Below are positions 1-12,056 of a DNA stretch of 64,000 bases, one piece after another. The notes beneath the pieces were generated by a model. The model saw only the letters and a program-made list of their open reading frames with translations. It did not search any database and was not told where the DNA came from. The stretch covers positions 49,641,847-49,705,846 of the forward strand of contig CP154954.1 in the NCBI GenBank assembly GCA_039621445.1, in the 5' to 3' direction. How positions within the stretch are numbered: the stretch's first letter is position 1; each line of letters opens with the position of its first letter. This DNA comes from Euglena gracilis (Eukaryota). The translations under genes and the position numbers were made by a program.

Positions 1-290
1 GGCCAGTCGACATGGCCCTTCGCCCAAAGGAGCCCAAAAATGCTCCAAAATGTTCGAAAAATGGGTATTTAGGCCGAAATTGGCCTGGATTCCTTGAACG
101 CCGGTTCGGGCGTGAAGCCAGAGCCCCTAATCCACGGTTTCAACAACTGTGTCCAGAACGCCGGTTCGGGCGTGAAGCCGTGTTCCAGAACGCCAGTTCG
201 GGCTGCTGCCCGAACCGGCGTTCTGGAACACGGCTTCACGCCCGAACCGGCGTTCTGGACACAGTTTTCGTATCAGAATTGACCTTGAAA
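1..290. mobile_element. Copy of a dispersed repeat family built on GAACGCCGGTTCGGGC motifs
   Basis: Inverted homolog at ~16020-16620; the same motif recurs at 17170-17400 and 18820-19350. Confidence 0.75.
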
Positions 291-353
291 CTGTCAAAAA
301 AAAGTCACATATTCAAAAAAAGGAGAAAGGATTGCCAAAACCCACACCATGAT

Positions 354-2096
354 GAACTTAGTCGGCCTGCGGCCTCCTGGGGGGGGACCCCCCCCTAAAA
401 TAACAAAATCCCTTTGTGTGTACAAGGCAAGGATGGCCAAAACACACACCCTGATGAACTTGATGAAGGTGTTTGGTAGGTACCATCCCCCCCCCATTAA
501 CCTCCCCCCGGGAGGCCGAAATTGGGGGGGAGGTACACAATGGGGGGAGGTACACAATGGGGGGGGTACCCAGGTCCCATTCCCAGACCCGACCGAACAG
601 TCCAAAAGGGGTCATTTTTGGCAACTTTTTGGATGTTTGCAATAAATGGTCAATTTTCAGCACATTTGCCAAATATCACTTTTTGAAAACGTCCCAAAAA
701 CGTCGATTTTTGAGCATTTTTTGGGAAATTCTTTAGAAAAAGTGTTATGACAGTGAGCTACCATCCCCCCCCCATTATGTACCCCCCAGGGGGTACATAA
801 TGGGGGGGGGTACATAATGGGGGGGGGGATGGTAACATAGCCCCTCTGTATGTTCCACAGGTTTGGCCAAAGAGTTTGTATGCTTCTTTGAAATGGGAAA
901 CCATGGAGGTCGTTTCTACTGACCACATTGGTTGTTACCGACCACTGGGTCACGGTACTGAAAAAAACACCAAAATAAACCAGCTCGGGGGGGGGGGGGG
1001 GGCAAGGTTCCCGAGCTATTTCCTTTCCCCAAACTCGGACAGCCCAAAAGTGGTTCTTTCTGGCTACTTTGAGTTGTTTGAAAGACATCATGAAAAAGTG
1101 CTTTGGCAGTGAACTATTCTTGTCCCCCCACATGGAACAAAGTGGCACAGTCGCAAACCAGTCAAAAAGGGGGTTGTATGTGGGCCAGCCGGATGTGGGG
1201 CTCTAGGCGGTAGACTGGGGGGGGGGGTCCTGGGTGGTCGGCCGACTAGTCGGCCGACCACCCAATTGGTCGGCCGACTAGGCCTGGTCGGCAGCTAGTG
1301 GCCCCGGGCGGAATATTGGCCATGCTAGTTCTGGAGGTCGGGCCGACCTATGGTCGGCCCGACCATGGTCGGACCGACCTCTGGAGGTCGACAGAAATGG
1401 CCACTGTACCGCATTACCCCCCCCCTTTTTCAAAGGACTTTTGACTATAGGTCGGGCCGACCTGGTCGGGCCGACCTGTTTGGGTTACCGACCATATGGT
1501 CGGCCCGACCAATTGGAGGTCGGGCCGACCACATGGTCGATAGAAACGACCTCAATGGTTTTCCTTTTCAAAAGCATCCAAAACCTTGGCCAAACCCTGT
1601 GGAGCATAAAAAGCGCAATTTTAGCACAAAAAGAATTCCTGATGGCATCAACCTATGGTAAAAAGGAATTTCTGACGTTATTTGAAGGAGTAGGGTTAGG
1701 GTTACGACTCTTATCCAAACAGCAGAACATTTCCCGCTCAACGTTGTTAGATTGGTCTCTACAGGTACCCAGCGAACCCAAAGAGCCGCCCAACTAGGGT
1801 TAAAAACATGGGGGGACCCGAGCGAGGCGCCAAAGGCGCCGAGCGAGGGTCCCCCCATGTGTATTAACCCTAGTTGGGCGGCTCTTTGGGGTAGCTGGTA
1901 CCTTGTAGGGGCCAATTTATCACGTTTCTGAACAGCCGGCTACAAACATCACAAATTTTTCTGGCCTCAAAGAAGATACTTGTTTTGGCCATCATTGCCT
2001 TGCACACAGAAGGGGATTTTGTTATTTTAGGCGGGGGGGGGGTGGGGGGGGGGGGCGCCAGCCCCCCCCGGAGGAGGCCGTAGGCCGACTAAGTTC
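354..2096. mobile_element. Element with ~90-bp terminal inverted repeats and nested insertions
   Basis: 354-445 (GAACTTAGTCGGCCT...TAACAAAATCCC...GGCCAAAACA) is inverted at 1981-2096. Confidence 0.7.
483..832. mobile_element. TA-flanked MITE (Tc1/mariner-pogo type)
   Basis: TA|CCATCCCCC...GGGGGATGG|TA; internal 575-760 is homologous (inverted) to 16250-16440. Confidence 0.65.
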
Positions 2097-2133
2097 CCGT
2101 TTTTCAATTTTTTTCAATGTGGGATGAAAGAGC

Positions 2134-2209
2134 TGGGTTAGGGTTACGGTCAGGGTCAGGGTTAGGGTCAGGGTCAGGGTCAGGGGTAGGGGTGGGGTTA
2201 GGGTTTGGG
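2134..2209 (+). repeat. Degenerate interstitial telomere-like array (TTAGGG/TCAGGG)
   Basis: GGGTTAGGGTTACGGTCAGGGTCAGGGTTAGGG...; TTAGGG is the euglenozoan telomeric repeat. Confidence 0.7.
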
Positions 2210-2976
2210 CATTGCACACCAAAGGAATTTTTGTCATTGGCCATGGATCACACCTGATTTAGCCATTTTGGTCAATTAGGGGGGGGGGGGGTCAATTAGG
2301 GGGGGGGTACCGTCAATTAGGGGGGGGGGGGTACCGTCAATTTCTAAGGACATTCCGATGGGTTTACGTTCATTTCGAATTGAAATAAGAGAATCAAATT
2401 TTTGAGGGGGGGGGCTTAAATTTCCAAAAAAGGGGGGGGTATTGCGGATTATTGGAGGTCGGGCCGACCTGGTCGGCCCGACCTCCAGAGGTCGATAAGC
2501 CATGGCCAAAGGTCGGCCCGACCTAGGTCGGCCCGACCTCCAGAAGTAGCATGGCCAGGAATTCGCACGGAGCCGCAGCTAGTTGGCGAGACGGGGGGGG
2601 GGGGGGTAGTGGGTGGTCGGCGGATTAGTCAGCCGACCACCCACTCTAATGTAGTTACGGGCCAGTCTCGCCGACTTTTTATGAAGAAAATTGCATGCAA
2701 ACTAGTCGGTGGCTAGTCGGTGGTCATAAAAATGGTCTGTGGCGGGCCCAAACCACCCGGAAATGGTCCGGATGGGTCCAAATAAGTGCCTTACACCAAC
2801 AGGAACACCCTCAGATGGAAATCCTTGGTCGGTGGGGGGTCGGTGGGCCCTTGATGGGGTCCGGAGGGGTAAAAAACCAATGACGAAACAGGGATTACAT
2901 GAAAATCCTTTAGAAATGCAAGCATTCTGCATCACGACAGGCTGAAAACTCCCCCCTCCACCCCCATCCGAGCCTC

Positions 2977-3352
2977 AGATAACAAAATCCCTTCTGTGTT
3001 GGCATCATGCTCGGGGGCTAAGTCGTTTTGTGGCTCACTTTGGCATAGGCGGGGGGGCTCCGCCCCCCCCCCCCCGCACCCCCCCCTCAAATAACAAAAT
3101 CCCTTCTATGTTGGCAACATACTCCGGGGTTAAGTCGTTTTTGTGGCTCACTTTGGCATAGGCGGGGGGGGGGGCTCCGCCCCCCCCCCCGCACCCCCCT
3201 CAAATAACAAAATCCCTTCTATGTTGTCAACATACTCCGGGGTTAAGTCGTTTTTGTGGCTCACTTTGGCATAGGCAGGGGGGGCTCCGCCCCCGCACCC
3301 CCCCCCTGAAATAACAAAATCCCTTCTATGTTGGCAATATACTTGGAGGGCT
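2977..3352 (+). repeat. Tandem repeat, ~110-125 bp unit, three full copies plus one partial
   Basis: ATAACAAAATCCCTTCTATGTTGGCAACATACTCCGGGGTTAAGTCGTTTTTGTGGCTCACTTTGGCATAGGC reiterated. Confidence 0.85.
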
Positions 3353-3531
3353 AAGTCCTTTTTGTGCAAAATTTGACTTATATTGACTTATATACAACGG
3401 GGAGAGGTGTTCTTTTGCCAAAAGTGGCCCAAAATGGACACTTTGCCCCCAGTTTTTTGCATATTCACCCTCGATTGGGGGTTCTGGAGCCATTTGGGTG
3501 GGTTTTGACTGGTGTTGAGGTGATTTGGGTA

Positions 3532-3756
3532 CTTGTCTGTTATCGCACGACATACCCCCCCCTTTTGGTTATCGCACGACACCTTATTTTTAGTCCTATG
3601 GGGTTATTGAAGGAGTAGGGTTAGGTGCGCACAGGCCATGTAGCGCAACATGGCTTGTGCGCACCTAACCCTACTCCTTCAATAACCCCATATTAACCCA
3701 AAAAAAGGGCGTCGTGCGATAACCAAAAGGGGGTATGTCGTGCGATAACAGACAAG
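3532..3756. mobile_element. TA-flanked MITE with a nested near-perfect 96-bp hairpin (3597-3692)
   Basis: TA|CTTGTCTGTTATCGCACGAC...GTCGTGCGATAACAGACAAG|TA; inner GGGTTATTGAAGGAGTAGGGTTAGGTGCGCAC followed by its reverse complement. Confidence 0.8.
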
Positions 3757-5402
3757 TACCGTGATTGGACAAAAAAATTTTTCTCAGGGGGGGGGCTTAA
3801 AAGTCGGCGAAACTGGCCCGCAACTACATTAGAGTGGGTGGTCGGCCGACCAGTCGGCCGACCACCCACTACCACCCCCCCCCCCCGTCTCGCCGACTAG
3901 CTGCCGACCAGGCCTAGTCGGCCGACCCCGACCCCCCCCCAGTCTACCGTCTGGCACTCGGATGTGGCAACAACCCCCACCGTCCTGCTAGTGATCACTG
4001 ATCCCTCTTCTGATCCTGTTGGCAGAATAGACGGTGCTGTGGCAATGCTGGTAGAAGGCAGAAAGCTCGTTGTTGGCAATGCATTGGTGACAGCACTGCA
4101 CATGAGGACCAGGCAGACATTTGACAAGAATCAGAGCAAAGACTATTGTTTTTTTTTTGGAATACCATGACCCCCCTTGCTGTTCCCGTCCTATGGATCC
4201 CTTTTGGGTGTATGGGAACAGCAAGGGGGGGGAGCTCCCACCTTGCTGTTCCCATGGGCCATGAACTAACCAACCAAGTTAGACCCAAAAGGCCACCTAA
4301 AATGCCAAAATGAAGCCTTTATGGTTCACATGCTTGAAAATTGAACCTCCACAACACCCATTTTGGTGTTGGTTTAGAGTTTGATGGACTAAAACCAACC
4401 AAAAAATTCCCTTTTTCTCTCTTTCTTCCAAGAATCCCTGGCAAAAAGTGCCCTGACACTGTACTGTTCCCGTCCCCCCAATGGGAACAGTAAGGGGGTG
4501 AACAGTAAGGGGGAGGGGCATGGTAGCAACGTCCAACAGCAAAAAAAACACCCCAAAGTTCAATGAAAAGTTGAGTTCTTGATGTGAGAAATTGAAGAAA
4601 AAAAACCACAAAGAATGTGGTGAGTAAATTACACACATTTTTTCTTTCCAAAATCTCGGGAGTACCCCCCCTTCTTCCACGCCAATGAATGGCACACGCA
4701 GCCGTCGACCAAGATGGTGTTGTTGTCGTCTGACTGAGGACAAACTGGAGGACTTCTGAAGCAAAAAAACTGTGTCTTGGATGCATACTCCGTCCTGAGC
4801 ACTGTGTTTTGGACACAGGACTCAGGACGGGGGGGGATGCACTAGCGCGAGTGGGAAAAAATTAGTTCCCACTTGAAATGCCCATTTTTGGCAACAAAAT
4901 CAGAAAAAAACACACATTGCCACATTACACAACGGAATCTCATAGATTTGCCCACCGGTCTCAATGATTTTGACGAAAGGTCCCAGGCGTTTTGGCAAAA
5001 AAAGCCCCAAATTATGGGGAAAATGGTCAAAAATTTTGGCAAGAAGTCCCAAAATTGTGAGTGTCAGTTGAAACACCCTGCCCACAGGTGAACGCCATTG
5101 CCCACAGGTCAACTCTGTGAATGAACTTAAGTGTGACTGGCGGGGGATGCCGACACCCCCCCCTTCCCACCCTCCAGTGACAAAAGCCCATTGGGTGTAC
5201 CAAGGGTATTAATCCAATCAAATTTTTTCTCTCCGCACAAGACAGCCCAAATACCATCTCGCCGCCCTTCGGGCGGCCAAACAAGTCCAGAACTCATGGG
5301 TCGGAGGGGGCGAAAATCTTCTTTTTTAAAATTGGGGTTGTTGTTTGTGAATATCTCCAGCCGCCCTTCGGGCGGCAACAAGAAACACATGTACCTTGGG
5401 TA

Positions 5403-5621
5403 CTTGTTCGCTGCACGACCGCCAGTGAAATTTTTCTAAGTCGGATTTTGTAGGGTTATTGAAGGAGTAGTGCGCAATTGGCCACGTTGCGCTACATGGC
5501 AATGTTGCGCAACAGGGCCATGTGCGCAAAATGGCCATGTTGCGCAACATGGCCATGTGCGCACCTAACCCTACTCCTTCAAATAACCCCATAATTCACT
5601 GGCGGTCGTGCAGCGAACAAG
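5403..5621. mobile_element. Related TA-flanked MITE carrying the same inner hairpin
   Basis: TA|CTTGTTCGCTGCACGACCGCCAGTGAA...TTCACTGGCGGTCGTGCAGCGAACAAG|TA; inner GGGTTATTGAAGGAGTAG...CTACTCCTTCAAATAACCC. Confidence 0.8.
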
Positions 5622-7429
5622 TACCGTACCTTGACCTTCTGAAATTAATGTTTTCAAAAAGCACACCATTTCTGTTAACAGATTTGGCCTTTTGGGGGAA
5701 TTTTTTTTGGAAAAATGCATTTCCAGCCACCACCACCAGCCACCACCAGCCACCCTTCGGGCGGCAATGGATTGGGGGGGATTTTCCGCAGGGAGGGGGG
5801 ATGTTGTGTCAAAAAAAATGGAGGGCGGCCTGACCTCCATTGGTAGCTCTAAAGGTCGGGCTGACCGTGTTCAAAAATCTGCACTGAACAAGGACTTTGT
5901 CATTGGGGGGGCGGTGCCCGGGGGGGGGGGGGGCTGGCCTCCCCTTAGGCCCCCTGAATAAATCCAACACTCATTTGCACATCTCACAGTTTCCAGGATA
6001 TTTTGCCATAATTTTGAAAAAAAAATGTGTACTTTGTAAAATGCATTTTTGAAAAAATTGTGTACTTTTTTGCCATAATTTTGAACACTTTGCCAAAAAT
6101 TTCGAACAATACTTTTAACTGCTTTGTCAGAGGTTCGGGACTCCGTGGTCTGGCAGTTTTGGGACTTGCCAATTTTTTTTATTCCTTTGCCTGCAGTGTA
6201 TATTTATTTTTTTGAATGCCTGTCCATCCAAACGCCGGCATGCCTGGCAGCTCATTTAAACCGAAGCCAAAAATATTTTAAAATTTTCCAAAATATTTTT
6301 GTTTTGAAAAGGGCAAAAAAGTAAAAATACACCAGAGGCTTTTGAATTTCCTTTCCAATGACGTTGTATGGAATGTGCAACTCTGACTGACAGAGTAGCT
6401 GAGGCTTGAAGAGGTGAAGGGCAAGGTGGGTGTAGCAGCAAATGGAAGTGATGTAGTCAATGCGGAGGAGGGTGCACTCACAGTTGCTTGATAACCCTGC
6501 AGTGTCTTGTTGTTGTGAGGGACTGTGGCAAGGTTTGTAACAAATGCACCATAGAACTTGTTGTCCACTCTCCCATCAGCTCGGTCAAGAGTCGACGCAT
6601 GCAAATCACCCTCTGCAGCCACTGTTGGCCTCAAAAATTCGTTCTCAAAAGAAGTGAGTTTCACAAGTGGAGGAGAGTTGAAAACAACTTGACCATGACT
6701 TGGGATGTAAGGCTAGAGCGTAAGAACAAAACAGAAACATGTGTACGGCTGGGATCCAACCTGACCAACGGCGGAATAGGTTGTCATAGCTCAAAGGAAT
6801 TGCCAATATAGAGAAAGTCGTCGCGTTTTCGGTTTTTTTTTATGTTAGCCGTTCGTTTTTTTTTTAAAAAAACCAGTTTAACCGTCACGGGTTACCCTAC
6901 GTGAGGAAATCGTGATTTATCGTTCCATGGAATTTCTCGTGAGAACTTTTTGTTGAGAAACTGAAACAACTGAGAACCGGGTTCACTTTCGTTTTCATCA
7001 TTCGGAAGAATGGGAAAATAACACGATGCTCGCCACTTGGAAAACGGGATTGGGACACGATTTCATTGTCATGAATACCGTCATGTTTACAAACACGTTT
7101 TCCAAGGCATGGTGTGGCCTGAACACGTTTTTGATTAATGTTGAAACCGTGTCTGGGAACTCCAGCTTCACGCGCCAACTGCGCCAACTGGCGTCCGGGA
7201 CGGCTCTGAGTTTTCACGAAATGTAATTTCACGAACAATGAACAGTGATACATACTTTCATTGCCATATTATGTAATTGCATTGAGCGAAAAGTGATATA
7301 TTTTTGTGAAAGCAAAAAACACGGCAGTAAAAACCAGAAGCCTGCTCACTGTTCGTCGCGAAGCAGCCGGGAGGCCCCCCCATGGATGCCAAACTTCTCT
7401 GAAAGGGGGAGAAACAACGGGCCCAAAAC

Positions 7430-8430
7430 GGTTACACCAAACTGGCCCCAAGATGTGCCATCAAACCGTTCCACCACCCCAAGGTGTGGCATCAAACTGT
7501 CCCAAAGTTGTTGCACAAAACTGGCTCCAAGTTGTGGCACCAAACTACGGCATCAAACTGGCCCAGAACTGTGGCACCAAACTGGTCCCCACTTGTGACA
7601 CCAAACTGGACCAAATTGTGGCCCCAAGATGTGACATCAAAATGTGGATCCCGAACTGCGGCTCCAAGCTGGCCCTGAGATCTAGCACCAAACTGGCCCA
7701 AAAATGTTGCCCTGAGCTAGAACAGATTTGGGGATGACAATCCCCTTTTCCCTAGGGGTCAGCTTCGCTCTTACCCTAAAGAGATAAGAACTCGGCGACC
7801 CCCATATACGACCCCCCCCCCTGGGATTTTGGCTCCGGGGGGGTCTCATATGGGGGGGGGATCAAACCAAAGTCGCTGCCGGCTGAACGGACAGAATTAA
7901 AAGGCGTCGTGACCGAAGGCATACCCGGCCCAGGGTTCGAGCCAGAGGGTTTTGGACAGGACCCTCTAAAATATAAAACAGGCACCACCTGTGTCACAAA
8001 ACTTGCCCGAGATGGGGCACAAAACTGCCCACAAGCTGGGGCACCAAACTCGCCCCAAACTGTGGGTGACCAACCTGTGGCACCAAATGTTGCCCCAACC
8101 TGTTGCACAAAAATAGCCCCAAAAACAAAATGGACAAAAAATATTTCACCCATCTGTGGCCAATCTGTGGCCCACAGCTGTGCCCAAGATGTGCCAGCAA
8201 TGGCCAAGATTTGTGGCCCAGTAAAATGTGCCAGGAAATTGGAGCCAAAATGCTTCCCCCAACCATGGCCAAGATGTGTGGTATCAAAATGTTGCCCCAA
8301 GCTGTGGCACAAAACTGCCCCAAGATGTGCACCAAAATGTCCCCAAAATGGTGATGTGCACCAAGATGTGCACCAAAATGTTTCCCCATCTGTGGCCAAG
8401 AGGTGGCCTCCAAGATGCGGCACCAAAATG
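7430..8430 (+). repeat. Degenerate ~24-bp minisatellite, interrupted at ~7740-7980
   Basis: Repeated CAAACTGGCCCCAAGATGTGGCAC-like units. Confidence 0.75.
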
Positions 8431-8756
8431 GGGGAGGGGGGTGAATGTTTCAGTTGCTGGGTTGACAAAAAAAAACTGTTTGAAAGAGTTTTTCTCAGAT
8501 CTCAGGGCAAGGCAAAACGCAAAGGAGGCAAAGGTACCAATAACTTCTGCAGCACATCACGAGGCAACATGGCAGGTGAACATTGGAATTTGGAATTTGC
8601 GAAAAGGGTCGGAACATGCGATCGGCGATTTTCTGAGCGCTGTGCAGTGTGGCTGAAGCTCAAGCGAAAGGGCTTGGGGAGAGCTTCGATATTTGGGGTC
8701 CTCTAACAGTTGAGCAACTAAAGGGATTTGCCCCCCCAAAACGGGTGGGTAACATA

Positions 8757-8991
8757 CCCTCACCCCCCCCCTCAAAGTGGCCGCCCTCTAGGGACTGCGG
8801 GACCCCAAAATGGCCACTCTCGAGGGGGGGGGGCACTTTGGGGGCCCCCAAAGTGCTCCCCCATGGCGAATTTTGGCCTTCGGCGCCAAAGGCACGGAAG
8901 TAAAATGGCCACTTTGAGTGGGGGTAAACCAAAACTTGCCAAAAAATTTGGCCACTTTGGGAGGGGGGACACTTTGAGGGGGGGGTGAGGG
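8757..8991. mobile_element. TA-flanked MITE, TIR CCCTCACCCCCCC
   Basis: TA|CCCTCACCCCCCCCCTCAAAGTG...CACTTTGAGGGGGGGGTGAGGG|TA; inserted in an array of GAACAGTTGAGCAACAAAAGGGATTTG repeats. Confidence 0.8.
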
Positions 8992-9395
8992 TAACGATTT
9001 TTGTTATTTTCGGGCCCTCGAACAGTTGAGCAACAAAAGGGATTTGCCCCCCAAAATGGGTTTGAAACACAATGGATTGCCCCCCAAAACGACTTGGCAA
9101 CACAAGGGATTTTTTTATTTTGGGGCCCTCGAACAGTTGAGCAACAAAAGGGATTTGCCCCTGACCTCTACCTCTACCTCCATCCAGCCCTGCCTAGGAA
9201 CAGAAGGGATTTTGTTATTTGGGGCCCTCGAACAGTTAATCAACAAAAGGGAATTGCCACAAAACCAGTTTGTTGCCAAGTTGTTTTGGGGGGGAAATCC
9301 CTTGTGTTGCTCAACTGTTTGAGGGCCCCAAAATAACAAAATCCCTCGTGATGCCAAGCCGTTTTGGGAGGAAGTCCTCTACTTCTATCTGACCC

Positions 9396-9797
9396 ACCTC
9401 TACCTCTACCTCTACCTCTACCTCTACCTCTATGTCACCTCTATGTCCATAAAATGTCATAAACTGGCACCAATAAGGGCCACAAAACGCTCCAAATGCC
9501 TCAAATTTGGCAAACTAGCATCTCAAAGCATCTCACTTAGGTTAGGAACGAGAAAAAATATCCGGGATGGGTGGTTTCAAAATTGCCATGAGAGGTTTGT
9601 GACAAGAATGGCCAATTTCTGACTTTTCCATAAATTGCCTTCGTTCAGCACACATTTTCTTTTGATAAGCCACTTTCCTCAAAAGTTTGGCATTGAGGTG
9701 ACATAGAGGGATAGTAGAGGTAGAGGTGACCTCTACCTCTACCTCTACCTCTACCTCTACCTCTACCTCTACGTCTACCTCTATCCCTCTACCTCTA
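9396..9797 (+). repeat. (CTCTAC)n microsatellites at ~9396-9432 and ~9730-9797
   Basis: Directly visible. Confidence 0.9.
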
Positions 9798-11896
9798 TCC
9801 AGCCCTGTCCTAGGTCGTTTTGGGGGGCAAATCTCTTGCGTTGCTCAACTGTACCAGGGCCCCAAATAACAAAATCCCTTGTGTTGCCGAGTCGTTTTGG
9901 GGGGCATAGTAGTATTTCTTCTTTCTGTTTTCTTTGTATTTGGTCAAAAAAAAAAAATCTCGAATTTTTCGAAAAAATTCGAAAGATCCAAGAGCCTTGT
10001 TTTTGGACCCAAATGGTACGCAAATTTATTACCCCCCCCCTAAATGACCCCCCCCCCTAGATGACCCCCCTGGGGGGGTCATCTGGGGGGGGTCATAGAG
10101 CAGAGCAATTTTTCAAGTGGGAAAAGTATCCCCCCCCCTAAATGACCCCCCCCCCCTAGATGACCCTTTGGGGGGTCCTGAAGCAACATTAATAGGGTCA
10201 TTTAGGGGGGGGGGGGTGGTAGAGGAAAGGGGCACAGGATGGCACAGGTACCGGGGGCAGCCAAAAGTCGCATGGCATTAAACGCCAACCGGTTTTAACC
10301 CGTGTGTTTTTATGTCGCCCCCCACCCCTCCACCCGTCAGGCTTAATCCCGCCCCCTCCCCCGGAGGGGTACGACCGGATTTATCCCGACCCTGCTATAT
10401 TCCCCCCCCCGCCCTTGCGGCGAAAGTGAGTCGATTTTTTTTGCGTAAAAAAACAACGGCACAGAAGGCTGCGGCAGGGCACGCAGTGCTCGGCGTTCAC
10501 TACAGTTGGGAACTGAATGCTCTACCGCGCACATTCGGTGAGCCCACGCAGAAGCCTGATTTGAGCATTTACCCAAGGTGCGCCCATGGCCTCTGCAAAA
10601 AAAAAAACAAGCAAGCCTGAACAAAGGCCGCCTGGAAAAGAAAAGGTTTTGTTTCAAGGCAAATCCCTTTTGTTTCAAACCCTTTTTGGGGGGCAAACCC
10701 CTTTTGTTGCTCAACTGTTCAAAGGGCCCCAAAATAACAAAATCGCTTTTGTTACCCACCCCTTTTGGGGGGCAAATCCCTTGTCTTGCTTAACTGTTCG
10801 AGGGCCCTAAAATAACAAAATCCCTTGTGTTGCCAAGTCGTTTTGTTGTGTTTCAACCCCGTTTTGGGGGGCAACCGTTTTGGAAACCCAAGAAAAAGTA
10901 CTCTTAAGGAGAAATGTTCCTGAAAATCTCTGAACAAAAAAGTTTGATCCAACGGGGGTGTTTCCCCCCCCCCCGCGACCCCCGTGTTTGGCAAAATGTT
11001 GCAAATATGAAGTTGTAATGAAATGCACAGCCAGTTATGCACCGTCCCAACATTGGTTTCCAAGCACCAAGTTGCTTTCTTTTTGGTTGGGGGTGTTGGG
11101 GTGGTTGGGGGGGTGGGGGGGGGGGGGGGCGGGGGGGGGGTGGTCGGGGGGGGGGGGGATGGGTTTCGCGGCAAGTCATGCGTGACTTGTGTGATGTCAT
11201 CCTGTCCTCTAATTTTAGATCCTAATTAGGAATTTGCGTGCCATTTGGGTCCTAAAATAGGTCCAATTAGGAATTTGGACCAATTTTCGTACTTCTGATT
11301 CCTAATGCAGTGGCAAATTCCTAATTAATGCGAATTTTTGTACTTTTCGGAAGCCCGAAGCGGGTTCAGGGTGGGGTCGCGGGGGGGGGTCGCGGCATTC
11401 ACAGGAAATTAAAACACAAATTTGAATAAAAACACAACCCTCTGAAACTGAAACAAACAGCGCTATGTTACAAAAAAATGCAACAGTTAAAAACGACCGT
11501 TCGTTGTCAAGACTGTTTGCTTAAGTTTCTTCAGCTTCTTCACCTTCTTTCTCAACTCTCCTGAAGAAGGAATTTTGTGTCACACAAATATTGGCTGTGG
11601 GCTGTTGTTGGAAGGTGGGGGTGCACAGGGAATGCTGAGTTGAATTGTGATGCATGAAATGCGCAAGATGTTGCATGAATGATTTCACAGAAAATGCCCA
11701 GAAAGAAACGTTCATAGGGTTTGCTGGAATATTGTCTTTGAAAAAACGATTGTGATGACATGCCGCAGACAAATGTTGCTAAATGATGTTGCAGATGCAT
11801 TCAGACATTTTGACAACAAAAAAAATGTTTTTTGGCAGTTTGTGAACACTGCAGAAGAACGCAGGGGACAACACAGGGATCATACCTCCAACTGTA

Positions 11897-12056
11897 CCAT
11901 GCCCCCCCCCCATATAAGACCCCCCCATATAAGACCCCCCCTGGCCGGCCGAAGGCCGGCCCTTTGGCCGGGACCCCCCCATATAAGACCCCCCCCCATA
12001 TAAGACCCCCCTGGGATTTTGGCTCCCGAGGGGGTCTTATATGGGGGGGGGCATGG
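11897..12056. mobile_element. TA-flanked MITE, CATATAAGAC family
   Basis: TA|CCATGCCCCCCC...GGGGGGCATGG|TA; inverted copy at 14127-14271, partial copy at ~7797-7862. Confidence 0.85.

Noticed and set aside
2134-2209. True chromosome end
   Set aside because: Short, degenerate and embedded in repeats on both sides.
6278-7253. Non-repetitive stretch with 100-130 aa ORFs (similar stretches at 3960-4130 and 11520-11830)
   Set aside because: Possibly decayed transposase sequence, but there is no motif I can identify with confidence.
7920-7950. B-box-like GGTTCGAGCC
   Set aside because: No A box or cloverleaf around it.
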